A stretch of DNA of 63,309 nucleotides, the filler included, from Globobulimina sp. (taxonomy: Eukaryota), in the NCBI GenBank assembly GCA_003354225.1. It is 42 parts of 42 records of this genome, joined end to end, with 100 filler letters (N's around TTAATTAATTAA, not from the genome) between each part and the next. Parts side by side here need not be neighbours in the genome. Positions count along the whole stretch, not along the records: positions 61,902 to 63,309 come from PIVH01017145.1; 41 more parts are not named here. One strand, 5' to 3'. Positions 62,841 to 63,309 of this stretch are shown in pieces; position 1 is the first letter of the stretch, and each line of letters opens with the position of its first letter. The notes beneath the pieces were generated by a model. The model did no database searches, was not told where the DNA came from, and worked only from the letters and a program-made list of their open reading frames with translations. The position numbers and the translations under genes were made by a program.

Positions 62841-63309
62841 TTAATATGATTGTATTGTATTAACCATATCGATTACATCGCTGTCACCATCATTTCCCTC
62901 TATTTGTTCTCCTAAATAATGATCGTTTGCCAATGCTCCAGGTTGAGGTTCAATCAATTCAACATATCGTCTTGTAATATTATCATCGCTCAGAGTTTCT
63001 GTTGTATTTTGTTTGCGAACATTACCAAAATCATCATATGTTTCACCAATATAGTTTTGATGCTCTTTTCTGATTTGTTTGCCAGATATTTGAGAGAATA
63101 GAAGTTCTTTCTTTAAATCATTGTTTGCATACTTCAATCCTTTTACTTTCTTTTTTTGCCACAAAAATAATCCACACATTGCTAAAAACAGTGCAATAAC
63201 AACTATCATAATTATAATTGTTGGAGATATTGTTTTCGACGATTTATTGTATTCACTAAGCTGTGTTGGTGGAACAGAAGGTGACTTCGATGGACTTATT
63301 GCATTTTCA
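62841..63309 (-). CDS. Single-pass membrane protein C-terminus with Ser/Thr/Pro stalk
   Basis: TM IVVIALFLAMCGLFLW followed by KKK. Confidence 0.6.
   Translation of the reverse strand, partial: ENAISPSKSPSVPPTQLSEYNKSSKTISPTIIIMIVVIALFLAMCGLFLWQKKKVKGLKYANNDLKKELLFSQISGKQIRKEHQNYIGETYDDFGNVRKQNTTETLSDDNITRRYVELIEPQPGALANDHYLGEQIEGNDGDSDVIDMVNTIQSY

Overview
This window is not one locus. It is 42 unrelated contigs of about 1.41 kb, ordered by decreasing length and joined by an artificial 100-nt linker (N44-TTAATTAATTAA-N44, stops in all six frames), so synteny across linkers and ORF tails ending in X..LIN are meaningless. Most contigs are AT-rich eukaryotic gene fragments with standard code and short GT-AG introns (58-103 nt where I could place them). 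Their families (TRAF-like Zn fingers, TLDc, BTB, SAM, orphan 7TM, LRR-LNR) suggest a foraminiferan/rhizarian host such as a Reticulomyxa relative (inference). Bacterial contigs (O-antigen ligase/TupA, MscS region, repeat protein, PKD protein, hydrolase tail) and metazoan-type retroelements (BEL/Pao pol, LINE tail) are mixed in. Several in-contig cross-lineage junctions and exact 119-nt terminal repeats point to a whole-genome-amplified single-cell or metagenome assembly. The best leads are: (1) a minimal, dimer-type hammerhead ribozyme at 45107-45150 (-); (2) a 1292-bp circular/tandem unit holding an RT-less, Zn-finger-bearing CRE/SLACS-like retrotransposon fragment; (3) a 1290-bp non-coding circular/tandem unit with Helitron-like end signals and nested inverted repeats; (4) a -1 slippery site at an ORF junction with a protease-like motif; (5) a TM-HAMP-like-RGS protein, a GH26 gene next to a TLDc gene, and a His-rich repeat protein. 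Family calls come from motif recognition by eye; no database search was run. I cannot demonstrate a complete new biological system from these fragments.
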